The notes: a model not told the origin generated them from the letters alone. 32,000 nucleotides of DNA from Geobacter sulfurreducens PCA (GCF_000007985.2 NC_002939.5:240001-272000), one strand, 5' to 3'. Shown: positions 10,055-17,918, numbered from the stretch's first letter. Numbers and translations: made by a program.

Positions 10055-10954
10055 TTATCCCTTCACGGTTTCGTTGTGTTCATTGTTCCAGAAGTCGAAA
10101 AAGTTGTACCACTGGTCAGGGTAGCAGCGGATGTACCGCTCGAAGACCCCGAGTACCTGCTCCATCCCCCGGCGGATGGCCTCGGCGTTGCGGCCCCGCC
10201 CGCCGACGAACCGGATCGGCTCCTCCATGATGGTCGCGTAGCGGCTCCCCTCCAGGGGGACGAACACCGGCATGACCGGCGCACCCGTGGCCAGGGCCAG
10301 GTAGGCGGCCCCCACCGGGATGGGGGTCGGCCGGCCGAAGAACTCCAGCTCCATGGTCTGGGACGAGCCGTCGCGATCAACCAGGAGCGCCACCACCTCG
10401 TTGCGGCGCAGGGCGTTCACCGCCTCCACGGCAGCCAGGGGAGAGGTGTCGTGCCGGTCCACGTAGATGAAGCGGATGCCCCGCTCCTCCCGGACCCGCT
10501 CCCGCAGGTCGTTCACCCGCTCGTCGGGCTCCCGGAAGGTCATGACGTTGAGCCGGTAGCCCCGCTCGGCCAGCCCCAGCCCCCCCAGTTCCCAGTTGCC
10601 CAGGTGGGGCGAAACGATGATGGCACCGTTCCCCTCCGCCAGGACCCGATCCAGGATACCGTGCCCCTCCTGCCGGCCGATGAGGGCAAAGAGCCGCTCG
10701 CCCCGGCGGCGCATCATGAGCATGATGTCGGTCCAGTTGCGGGAGCACTTGTAGTAGGTGGAGAGCACCAGCCGCTCCACGTTGCGCCTGCCGGTCACGG
10801 CCCTCAGGTTCGCACGCACCCCTCGCCGGGGCCCGGGAATGGCCAGGTAGAGAATCAGCCCCGTCAGAAAGGCGAAGGGCGCATGGACCGTCCGGGGGAC
10901 CAGCAGGGTGAACAGGTTGATAAGGAACAGGTTTATCCGGTTGTGCAGCGGCAC
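10055..10954 (-). CDS. LpxL/HtrB-family (lipid A biosynthesis lauroyl/myristoyl-type, LPLAT superfamily) acyltransferase
   Basis: 299 aa with an N-terminal hydrophobic anchor. The catalytic H-x4-(D/E) motif is SPHLGNWE. VDRDG and a PVGAAYLA-type block are typical of Lip_A_acyltrans proteins. The start is a GTG and is uncertain by a few codons. Confidence 0.8.
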   Translation of the reverse strand: MPLHNRINLFLINLFTLLVPRTVHAPFAFLTGLILYLAIPGPRRGVRANLRAVTGRRNVERLVLSTYYKCSRNWTDIMLMMRRRGERLFALIGRQEGHGILDRVLAEGNGAIIVSPHLGNWELGGLGLAERGYRLNVMTFREPDERVNDLRERVREERGIRFIYVDRHDTSPLAAVEAVNALRRNEVVALLVDRDGSSQTMELEFFGRPTPIPVGAAYLALATGAPVMPVFVPLEGSRYATIMEEPIRFVGGRGRNAEAIRRGMEQVLGVFERYIRCYPDQWYNFFDFWNNEHNETVKG

Positions 10955-11045
10955 GTGTCAGCTCGTCATGCCGGAGTTCCGGCGTCGGTGAAGTTTCTCC
11001 CGAATCCGTGGCTCTTCGGCTCCAGGGATTCAGGTTTCAGATACA

Positions 11046-12422
11046 TCAGCGGGTTACGCCCTTGGGCCGTTTCCCCTGCCCGGCGCCGAACTCCTGCTCC
11101 CAGGCCGGGTCGGCGAACTCGGCGTACCGCCGGGCATAGTCGTCCATGTTGTCCGCCAGAGCGGTGAAGATGGCGTCGGCCCCCTCGTGGGTGGGATAGG
11201 CCCCGGCGCTTTGGAAGAGCTCGCGCCCCACGTCAGGGTGGTCGATGAGCATGCAGGGGCGGAGCAGGTTGTCGTGCTCGCCCTGCACTTGGCGGATTTT
11301 CCGGAACAGCGGCGACCGCAGGGCCTCCCGCAGGGTGGTGCGCCGGATGTTGTCCACGGCGAAGTGGCAGAAAACGCACGGCTCGATGTCGCCGTTGGCG
11401 TTGATGTGGAAGTACTTGCGCCCCCCCGCGATGCAGCCGCTGATGATGGGTCCGTCGTTCCAGAAGTCCACGAAGAGCATCGGCTTGGCGGCCCGGAAAT
11501 CGACGATCCGGCGCCGCAGGGCGTCCCGCTGCTCCGGTGTCGCCATCAGTTCCAGATCGGGCTCCCGTCCCACCGGCACGTAGGTGAAGAGCCAGAGGGC
11601 GAAGACCCCCTTCGCCACCAGCATGTCGATGTACTCGTCGCTGGTGATGATGTCGGTATTCCGGCTGGTCTGGGTGAAGGAGCCGCAGAACGAGAGCCCC
11701 GCCTCCCGCAGCAGGTCCATGGCCCGCATGACCTTGCGGAAATGGCCGGGGCCGCGCCGTTCGTCGGTTTCCTGCTCGTACCCCTCCAGGGAGAAGGCGG
11801 GCATCACGTTCCCCACCTCCACCAGTTTCCGTACCATGGCCTCGTCGATGAGCCCGCCGTGGGTGAAGACGAGGAAGGCCATGTCCGAGTGCTTTTTGAA
11901 GATCTCGAAGATGTCTTCTTTAAAGAACGGCTCACCGCCGGAAATGACGGCGAAGTAAACCCCCATCTCCTTCATCTGGGTGAGGATCGAATCGATCTCG
12001 TCGTTGGTCAGCTCCAGGGCCTTGGCGTAATCGCCCGCGTAGCAGCCGTAACAGGAGAGGTTGCACTTCATGGTGGTGCTGATGACCACGGTGGAGGGGG
12101 GATAGTACCCCTCCCGCTCCTGCCACGCCTTCCGCTTGTTGGTGCCTGAGAGGAGGTGGTTCACCGCCAGGTTCGTGATCCACTTCTCCCGCTGGTTGGG
12201 GTGGATCTCCCGCAGGATACGGCGGGGAAACTCGATGGAAGGATGGTTCTCCCGGATGAGCCTCCGGATCCAGCGGATCCGTTCCTTGTAGTATTCCTTC
12301 TTCGGGATCAGCTCCATCAGGTGCGTCATCCGCGCCAGGTTCTCGTTGGAGGCGTTGGTGGCCATGGAGAGAAGGAGGGAGACGATCTTTTCGGTTGTAT
12401 AGTTTTTCAGGCTCTGGAGCAT
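11046..12422 (-). CDS. Radical SAM enzyme with a ~115-aa N-terminal helical extension and a C-terminal partial-SPASM/twitch cysteine motif, here called rSAM-E
   Basis: Track ORF 11046..12425 (TTG). I prefer the ATG at 12422. The CxxxCxxC motif is TTMKCNLSCYGCYA, followed by a GGEPF SAM-binding motif. The C-terminal GCIAGGRKYFHINANGDIEPCVFC fits C-x13-G-x4-C followed by x2-C, and a further Cys occurs in RPCML. Confidence 0.85.
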   Translation of the reverse strand: MLQSLKNYTTEKIVSLLLSMATNASNENLARMTHLMELIPKKEYYKERIRWIRRLIRENHPSIEFPRRILREIHPNQREKWITNLAVNHLLSGTNKRKAWQEREGYYPPSTVVISTTMKCNLSCYGCYAGDYAKALELTNDEIDSILTQMKEMGVYFAVISGGEPFFKEDIFEIFKKHSDMAFLVFTHGGLIDEAMVRKLVEVGNVMPAFSLEGYEQETDERRGPGHFRKVMRAMDLLREAGLSFCGSFTQTSRNTDIITSDEYIDMLVAKGVFALWLFTYVPVGREPDLELMATPEQRDALRRRIVDFRAAKPMLFVDFWNDGPIISGCIAGGRKYFHINANGDIEPCVFCHFAVDNIRRTTLREALRSPLFRKIRQVQGEHDNLLRPCMLIDHPDVGRELFQSAGAYPTHEGADAIFTALADNMDDYARRYAEFADPAWEQEFGAGQGKRPKGVTR

Positions 12423-12471
12423 CAATCTGTGACCTCGTTGTGATTCCCGGCAAAAGGGCCCCTGCGCAGCC

Positions 12472-13134
12472 TCACATGTGGCGCAGGAACGTCATGCAGA
12501 TATTCCAGGTATCCCGCACCGGCCGGAAATGGCTCGTGGCACGTCCGTCCGCCACCCGGGCGGCCACGGGGAGCGAATCGATGGCGAATCCACCCCGCCA
12601 TGCCTTCATGAGGATTTCCATCTCCAGGTGGTAGCCGCTCGCCTCCAGGGAGACCCCTTTCAGGAGCCGGGCGGAGTACCAGCGGAACCCGGACTGGCTG
12701 TCGGTGATGGTGAAGCCGGTCCGCTTCCTCATGCACCAGACGCCGAAGCGGTTCCAGACGGAGCGAAGCCCCGCCATCTCCCGGAACTGGGTATCGCGGG
12801 AGGCGATGAGGATGTCGACGTTGCGCTCCCGGGCCGTAGCCGCCAGGAGCGGGATGGCCGTGGGGTCGTGCTGGCCGTCGGCGTCCAGGGTCACCACGCC
12901 GGAGTATCCGTGCGCGAGCGCCCACTCGAAGCCGGTCCGCAGGGCCGCTCCCTTGCCGCGGTTGCCGTCGTGGCGCAGCAGGTGTACCCCCAGCCCCTCC
13001 ACCGTGGCGGAGGTCCCGTCGGTGGAGCCGTCGTCCACCACGAGGCATGGCATCCCCAGGCCGAGGACTTCCCGGACCACGGCCGGCAGGGTCCGGGCCG
13101 CGTTGTAGGCTGGTATGATTATACAGTATCCCAA
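12472..13134 (-). CDS. Family 2 glycosyltransferase (short, soluble, DPM1/ArnC-like catalytic domain)
   Basis: 220 aa. IIIPAYNAARTL, VVDDGSTDGT, NRGKGAALRTGF and TLDADGQHDP (DxD) are canonical GT2 blocks. I saw no C-terminal TM segments. The start is TTG at 13134 and overlaps the deacetylase stop by 16 nt. Confidence 0.8.
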   Translation of the reverse strand: MGYCIIIPAYNAARTLPAVVREVLGLGMPCLVVDDGSTDGTSATVEGLGVHLLRHDGNRGKGAALRTGFEWALAHGYSGVVTLDADGQHDPTAIPLLAATARERNVDILIASRDTQFREMAGLRSVWNRFGVWCMRKRTGFTITDSQSGFRWYSARLLKGVSLEASGYHLEMEILMKAWRGGFAIDSLPVAARVADGRATSHFRPVRDTWNICMTFLRHM

Positions 13135-13949
13135 CGGTCAACCAACTGATCGAGTGTAGTGAATGAGAATCGTTCCAGCAGGGCGTCGAGTCGCGGTGCC
13201 GCATCGCTACGCGGTCCGTAGGCCACGAAGGAGCGCAGGGGCGGCAGCGCCAGCCGCGGGCCCTCCGGGTCAACCTCCCGGGGATGAACGTACAGCACCG
13301 CCGGCATGCCGCGCCGGTTCAATCCCGCTACGCTGGCCCCGATCAGCCCCAGCGGAAAGAACCGGAAGCCCCACCCGCCGCCCGTCGGCAGGTTTCCCAA
13401 GGGGGTCCGCGTCACCAGGGGCGGCACCTCCACCAGGGGCCCCGCCGGGGTGTCGATCCTGAACGGACCGCGCGGACCGCGCCGGTCTCCCACGAAGGGG
13501 AGCGGCGAGAGACTGGAATCGTACCGGTATCCCTCATCCCGCAGGATGGGAAAGGCCCAGGGGGTCCGCCGGCGGCAGAGGGACCACTGGGGTGCCCGGA
13601 ATCCCACGGGGCGCCGGCCGGTCTGCCGTTCCAGGAGGTCACCGGTTCGCCGCAGCTCCGTCCGGAATTCTTCGGGAGAGAGCCCGGTCACGAGCCGGTG
13701 GGACCAGCCGTGCGAAGCAATCTCATGGCCCGCTTCGGCGATTGACGGCGCCAGGCCCGGATGCCGTTGGGCCACGGAGCCGAGCAGAAAGAAGGTGGCC
13801 CGGCAGCCGCGCCTGGCCAGCAGCGCCAGCAGCCGTCCGACGGCGGGAACGACCCGCTCCGTGTCAGGACTGACGACCGGCTCGCCGGGGAGTCCGCAGA
13901 CATGGTACCAGTCCTCCACGTCGATGGTCAGGGCATTCAGAACGGGCAT
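13119..13949 (-). CDS. Polysaccharide deacetylase (NodB homology, DUF3473-type C-terminus)
   Basis: Track ORF 13119..14033. I prefer the ATG at 13949 (MPVLNALTIDVEDWYH...), because the track TTG start coincides with a -35-like TTGACT (see the promoter feature). TIDVEDW (Asp-containing motif 1) and HEIASHGWSH (His motif 2) match the NodB fold. Confidence 0.8.
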   Translation of the reverse strand: MPVLNALTIDVEDWYHVCGLPGEPVVSPDTERVVPAVGRLLALLARRGCRATFFLLGSVAQRHPGLAPSIAEAGHEIASHGWSHRLVTGLSPEEFRTELRRTGDLLERQTGRRPVGFRAPQWSLCRRRTPWAFPILRDEGYRYDSSLSPLPFVGDRRGPRGPFRIDTPAGPLVEVPPLVTRTPLGNLPTGGGWGFRFFPLGLIGASVAGLNRRGMPAVLYVHPREVDPEGPRLALPPLRSFVAYGPRSDAAPRLDALLERFSFTTLDQLVDRWDTV

Positions 13950-14003
13950 CACCGAGAAAAAAAAGGGGATGGCATCTCCCCCTCTGCTTTCAAGAATAGC
14001 GAA

Positions 14004-14033
14004 AGTATAATACTCCCGCCTAACTTTAGTCAA
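14004..14033 (-). promoter_or_regulatory. Sigma70-like promoter candidate for the minus-strand (deacetylase to MaoC) operon
   Basis: On the minus strand: TTGACT (14033..14028), an 18-nt spacer, then TATACT (14009..14004). It lies in the only AT-rich stretch of the divergent intergenic region. A GGGGA/TCCCC hairpin followed by T8 lies in the predicted leader (13981..13957). Confidence 0.4.
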
Positions 14034-14130
14034 TACGCAGGGAATCAGCTTTAACGAAACATATTACCCTTGACCCCCGCCGCCCTTTTCGGAAACAATA
14101 CCCCCGTTACTTCACCTTGGCGAGATTCAG

Positions 14131-15594
14131 ATGAACATTCTCCTGCTCCGCCCCCATCCCGGCAACGACCGGTTCGGCCTCGGCCCCTTCTTTCGGGTCG
14201 AGCCCCTGGGGCTCGAATACATCGGCGCGGCGCTTCGCGCCCACGGCCACACCGTTACCGCGGCAGATCTTCGCTTCCGCCCCGGTGCCGCAACCTGGGT
14301 CAGGCGCACCCGGCCCCGTCTCGTGGGAATATCCTGCCTCCACGCCCTGGAGTACGAGCGGGTGGTTGAAACGGCCCGTGAGGTCAGGCGGGCAAGCCCC
14401 GATGCCTTCATCTTCGTGGGGGGGCATGCGGCCGCCGCCTTTCCCGCTCCTCTGGAGTGCGACGCGGTGGACGCCATCTGCCGCGACGACGGGGAGGAAA
14501 TCGTGCCCCTGGTTGCCGCCGCCCTGGCGAAGGGTGGGCGGCTTGACGAGGTACCGGGGCTCCGGCTGCGCGAACCCGACGGCTGGCGCGACACCCCCTG
14601 CCTCGACCGCCAGACCTGCCTCGACCTCGTGCCGCTCCCGGCCCGGGACCTGGTGGACCGGCACCGCTCCGGCTACCACTGCCTTCTCTTTAAGCCGGTC
14701 TGGCTCGTGGAGACGGCCCGGGGCTGCCCCCACCGCTGCTCCTTCTGCTCCGTCTGGCAGCTCTACGGCCGTTCCTGCCGCGAGCGGAGCATTGCCGCGG
14801 TGGTGGAGGATTTCGCCACGGCCGGGGATTCGATCTTCGTGGCCGACGACCTCTTCTGGCACAATCCGGCCCGGAGCCTGGAGCTGGCCGAGGCGCTGAA
14901 AAAGCGCGGGGTTTTCAAACGCTGGATTCTCGTCCAGACCCGCACCGACCTCATCTGCCGGAGCGCCGACCTCATGGCCGCCTGGCGTCCCCTGGCCAAG
15001 GATTTCGACATCTTTCTGGGGCTGGAGGCGGCCACGGACAAGGGGCTCGCCGGGATCACCAAGGATTCCGGCGTGGCCGAGAGCGTGGAGGCGGTCCGCC
15101 TTGCCCGCGAACTGCGCTACGGCATCAACGGCAATTTCCTCATCGATCCTGATTGGGGTGAGGACGATTTCCGCGACCTCTGGGACTTTGTGGCCCGCTA
15201 CGGCCTCCAGCGGGCCGGGTTCACGATCCTCACGCCCCTGTCCGGCACCGATTTCTTCCGGGAAGTGGCCCCGCGCATTGCCCGCCAGCCCTGGTCCAAC
15301 TTCGACATGCACCACCTCCTGTGGGACCCCCGGGTGGGCGCCCCGCGTTTCTTCGAGCTCTATGCCGAGACCTGGCGCCGCTCCATCCTCAATACCTCGG
15401 GAGACAAGAGCCTGGTGGACTGGATGAAGCAGGTCCGCCCCTCCCAGATTCCCTACATCGCCCGGGTCCTCTGGCGGACCCAGCGGATGATGAAGCCCGA
15501 GGCCTATCTCAGGGAGTACGAGGCGACCCGGCCCCGGACAACGGAGCCCCTGGTGGATTTCAGCGCCGGGGCGTACTGCGGGGGAGCCGCCTGA
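14131..15594 (+). CDS. B12-binding-domain radical SAM enzyme (class B), here called rSAM-C
   Basis: 487 aa. The N-terminal MNILLLRPHPGNDRFGLGPFFRVEPLGLEYIGAALRAHGHTV is B12-binding-like. The CxxxCxxC motif is ARGCPHRCSFCSV. This is the first gene of the plus-strand operon. Confidence 0.85.
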   Translation: MNILLLRPHPGNDRFGLGPFFRVEPLGLEYIGAALRAHGHTVTAADLRFRPGAATWVRRTRPRLVGISCLHALEYERVVETAREVRRASPDAFIFVGGHAAAAFPAPLECDAVDAICRDDGEEIVPLVAAALAKGGRLDEVPGLRLREPDGWRDTPCLDRQTCLDLVPLPARDLVDRHRSGYHCLLFKPVWLVETARGCPHRCSFCSVWQLYGRSCRERSIAAVVEDFATAGDSIFVADDLFWHNPARSLELAEALKKRGVFKRWILVQTRTDLICRSADLMAAWRPLAKDFDIFLGLEAATDKGLAGITKDSGVAESVEAVRLARELRYGINGNFLIDPDWGEDDFRDLWDFVARYGLQRAGFTILTPLSGTDFFREVAPRIARQPWSNFDMHHLLWDPRVGAPRFFELYAETWRRSILNTSGDKSLVDWMKQVRPSQIPYIARVLWRTQRMMKPEAYLREYEATRPRTTEPLVDFSAGAYCGGAA

Positions 15595-16880
15595 TGTCCC
15601 GTTCCCCTCGGCTGCTGCTGATCTACCCGGCGACCCACAAGCTCGGTTGGGCGCGCTATTTTCAGCTTCCCTCCCATTCGCTCCAGATGGTGGCCGCGGC
15701 CACGCCCCGCCACTGGGAGGTGATCCTGGCCGACGAGGTCCATGACGAGGTCCCCTTTGACGGAACCTTCGACCTGGTGGGGATCACGGCCATGACCCAC
15801 CAGGCGACGCGGGCCTATGAGATCGCCGACCGGTTCCGGGCCCGGGGTGTCCCCGTGGTGATGGGGGGAATCCACCCCACGGTCCTGCCCGACGAGGCAC
15901 TGGAGCACGCCGACGCGGTGGTGGTGGGGGAGGCCGAGCCGGTCTGGGCGCACCTTCTCGACGACCTCCTGGCCGGGCGGCTCGCACCGGTCTACCGGGC
16001 GCCGGTCCCCACGGACGAAATCCTCTCCGCCCCCTGGCCCCGCCGCGAGATCCTGGCTGGCCGCCGCTACCTCACCACCCAGACGGTCCAGGCGAGCCGG
16101 GGCTGCCCCTACGACTGCTCCTTCTGCACCGTCACTCCCTACTTCGGCCGCACCTTCCGCTACCGCGACCCCGACGACATCCTGGCAGAGATTCGCTCCT
16201 TCAGACGCAAGCTCGTGGTCTTTCTCGACGACAACCTCCTGGGCGATCCGGCCAAGGCCCGGCCCATCCTGCGGGGGCTGGCCGAGATGAACGTCCGCTG
16301 GGGCTCCCAGACCAATCTCCGTTTTGCCGAGGACCCGGAGCTCCTGAAACTCGTGGCGGACTCGGGGTGCATCGGCCTCTTCGTGGGGATCGAGTCGGTG
16401 ACCGGGGCCCACGCCAACATGGCCAAGTCCGGCACCCGTTACTCCCAGGCCGATCTCATGAAGCGGGTCCGCGACGCCGGCATCATCCTGGAAACCTCCA
16501 TCATCTTCGGTTTCGACGACCACGACGAGAGCGTCTTCGAGACCACGGTCCGCTTCCTGGAGGAGTGCTCCCCCAGCGTCCCCACCTTCCACATCCTCAC
16601 CCCCTACCCCGGCACGGCCCTGTTCCGCCAGTTCCAGGAGGAGGGGCGGCTCCTGACCACCGACTGGTCCCGTTACGATCACTCTACCGTGGTCTTCCGG
16701 CCCCGTCTCATGTCTCCCGAACGGCTTCACCGGGGCTGGCTGGAGGCACGCCGTGAGGCCTACTCCTGGCGGGCCATCGCCACCCGCGTCATGCGCAATC
16801 CGGGGCGCCGCCTGACGAATTTCGCCTACAACATGCTGCGCAAGGGACCAAACGACCTGCTGGAGGATGGGGCGCCGTAG
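15594..16880 (+). CDS. B12-binding-domain radical SAM enzyme (class B) with a DUF4070-like tail, here called rSAM-D; paralog of rSAM-B
   Basis: Track ORF 15321..16880; its first 91 codons are read-through of rSAM-C in another frame. The ATG at 15594 overlaps the rSAM-C stop (TGATG) and gives MSRSPRLLLIYPATHK... Supporting blocks: DLVGITAMTHQATRAYEIADRFRARGVPVVMGGIH, SRGCPYDCSFCTV and ILTPYPGTA. Confidence 0.85.
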   Translation: MSRSPRLLLIYPATHKLGWARYFQLPSHSLQMVAAATPRHWEVILADEVHDEVPFDGTFDLVGITAMTHQATRAYEIADRFRARGVPVVMGGIHPTVLPDEALEHADAVVVGEAEPVWAHLLDDLLAGRLAPVYRAPVPTDEILSAPWPRREILAGRRYLTTQTVQASRGCPYDCSFCTVTPYFGRTFRYRDPDDILAEIRSFRRKLVVFLDDNLLGDPAKARPILRGLAEMNVRWGSQTNLRFAEDPELLKLVADSGCIGLFVGIESVTGAHANMAKSGTRYSQADLMKRVRDAGIILETSIIFGFDDHDESVFETTVRFLEECSPSVPTFHILTPYPGTALFRQFQEEGRLLTTDWSRYDHSTVVFRPRLMSPERLHRGWLEARREAYSWRAIATRVMRNPGRRLTNFAYNMLRKGPNDLLEDGAP

Positions 16881-16940
16881 GGCACCGTTCTCCTCTCGAT
16901 CCGATGCGTACCCTGCCGGCATGAGGATGGAACGTCTGCC

Positions 16941-17918
16941 ATGACCCGTTTGATTGTCTTCGGAATACTTGCGGCATTCTTCTTCAGCAGCACGTTCGTG
17001 CTCAACCGGGCCATGAGCCTGGAGGGAGGGCACTGGGCATGGACCGCGAGCCTGCGCTACGGATACATGCTGCTTCTGCTCTGCACCTGGTTGCTGCTGA
17101 AAGGACGACGGGGGGTACTGATTGCTGCATGGGACGCCTTTCGCCGGAATTGGCTGTTCTGGACCACGGCGGGAAGTGTCGGCTGCGGGGCGTTTTACGC
17201 CCTGATCTCCTTCAGCGCGTCGTTCGCTCCCGGCTGGGTGGTGGCAACCACCTGGCAGATTACCATCCTCGCGACACCGGTGGTGCTCCTGCTGTTCGGC
17301 CGCCGGGTGCCGGCCAGGGGGGTGTTGTTCACTGCCATGATTTTTCTCGGCATTGTGCTGGTTACCCTTGAGCAGGCAACCGCCGCTCCGCTGGGCGACA
17401 TCCTGCGGGGGGTAGTGCCGGTTGTGGCCGCGGCATTCGCCTATCCCCTGGGCAACCAGATGGTGTGGGAGGCCCGCCATGGGACATCTTCTCTGCTGCC
17501 GGCCATAACGGACCCCGTCGTCGACGACAGCTTCGGGAGGGTACTGCTCATGGTGCTCGGCTCGATCCCCTTCTGGGTCGTGCTGCTCATCGTGGCAGCG
17601 CCCCCGCCCCCCTCGCCCGGTCAGTTGGTCAACACGGCCCTGGTGGCGGTGTTTTCCGGCGTCATTGCCACGAGCCTGTTTCTTCATGCCCGGCATTGCG
17701 CGTCAACTACCTACGAACTTGCCGCCATTGATGCGACCCAATCGACCGAGGTTATTTTTTCGCTTCTAGGGGAGATCGTCTTTCTCCATGGCGCACTGCC
17801 GGGCTCGTCGGGCACCGCGGGGCTGGTGCTGGTCGTCGGCGGGCTCATGCTGTATGTCCGGGCCCAGACCGCGGGTCCGCTTAAAGAAATGGTTCACAGC
17901 CGGGCAGAGAAAGGGTAA
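16941..17918 (+). CDS. DMT-superfamily membrane transporter (putative multidrug-resistance efflux transporter family)
   Basis: 325 aa with about 10 predicted hydrophobic helices. The N-terminus FGILAAFFFSSTFVLNRAMSLEGGHWAWTASLRY resembles the family annotated as multidrug resistance efflux transporter family protein. It is co-directional with rSAM-C/D, 60 nt downstream. Confidence 0.65.
   Translation: MTRLIVFGILAAFFFSSTFVLNRAMSLEGGHWAWTASLRYGYMLLLLCTWLLLKGRRGVLIAAWDAFRRNWLFWTTAGSVGCGAFYALISFSASFAPGWVVATTWQITILATPVVLLLFGRRVPARGVLFTAMIFLGIVLVTLEQATAAPLGDILRGVVPVVAAAFAYPLGNQMVWEARHGTSSLLPAITDPVVDDSFGRVLLMVLGSIPFWVVLLIVAAPPPPSPGQLVNTALVAVFSGVIATSLFLHARHCASTTYELAAIDATQSTEVIFSLLGEIVFLHGALPGSSGTAGLVLVVGGLMLYVRAQTAGPLKEMVHSRAEKG

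Noticed and set aside
8585-11167. 860-aa plus-strand ORF, the longest in the window
   Set aside because: It runs antisense to four recognisable, tightly packed minus-strand genes (rSAM-B, ACP, LpxL-type acyltransferase, end of rSAM-E). Its translation is a Gly/Pro/Arg/His/Val-rich low-complexity string without motifs. This is a typical shadow ORF of high-G+C DNA.
13965-13990. Sigma54-type promoter (TGGCAT ... CTGCTT) in the divergent intergenic region
   Set aside because: The GG-to-GC spacing is about 3 nt longer than the -24/-12 consensus allows, and no enhancer-binding protein gene is nearby.
14131-15594. Calling rSAM-C a hopanoid enzyme (HpnJ/HpnP/HpnR) and the cluster a hopanoid side-chain locus
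   Set aside because: The GT2 / deacetylase / B12-rSAM logic resembles HpnI/K/J. However, no squalene-hopene cyclase, hpnH or other hpn genes are in the window. The deacetylase is NodB-type rather than the YdjC-type I recall for HpnK, and I cannot confirm sequence-level similarity from memory. I kept it only as an analogy.
15504-17696. 730-aa minus-strand ORF
   Set aside because: It is antisense to rSAM-D and the DMT transporter. The composition is Gly/Pro/Arg/His-rich with no domain signature, while the plus-strand genes have clear motifs and coupled starts.
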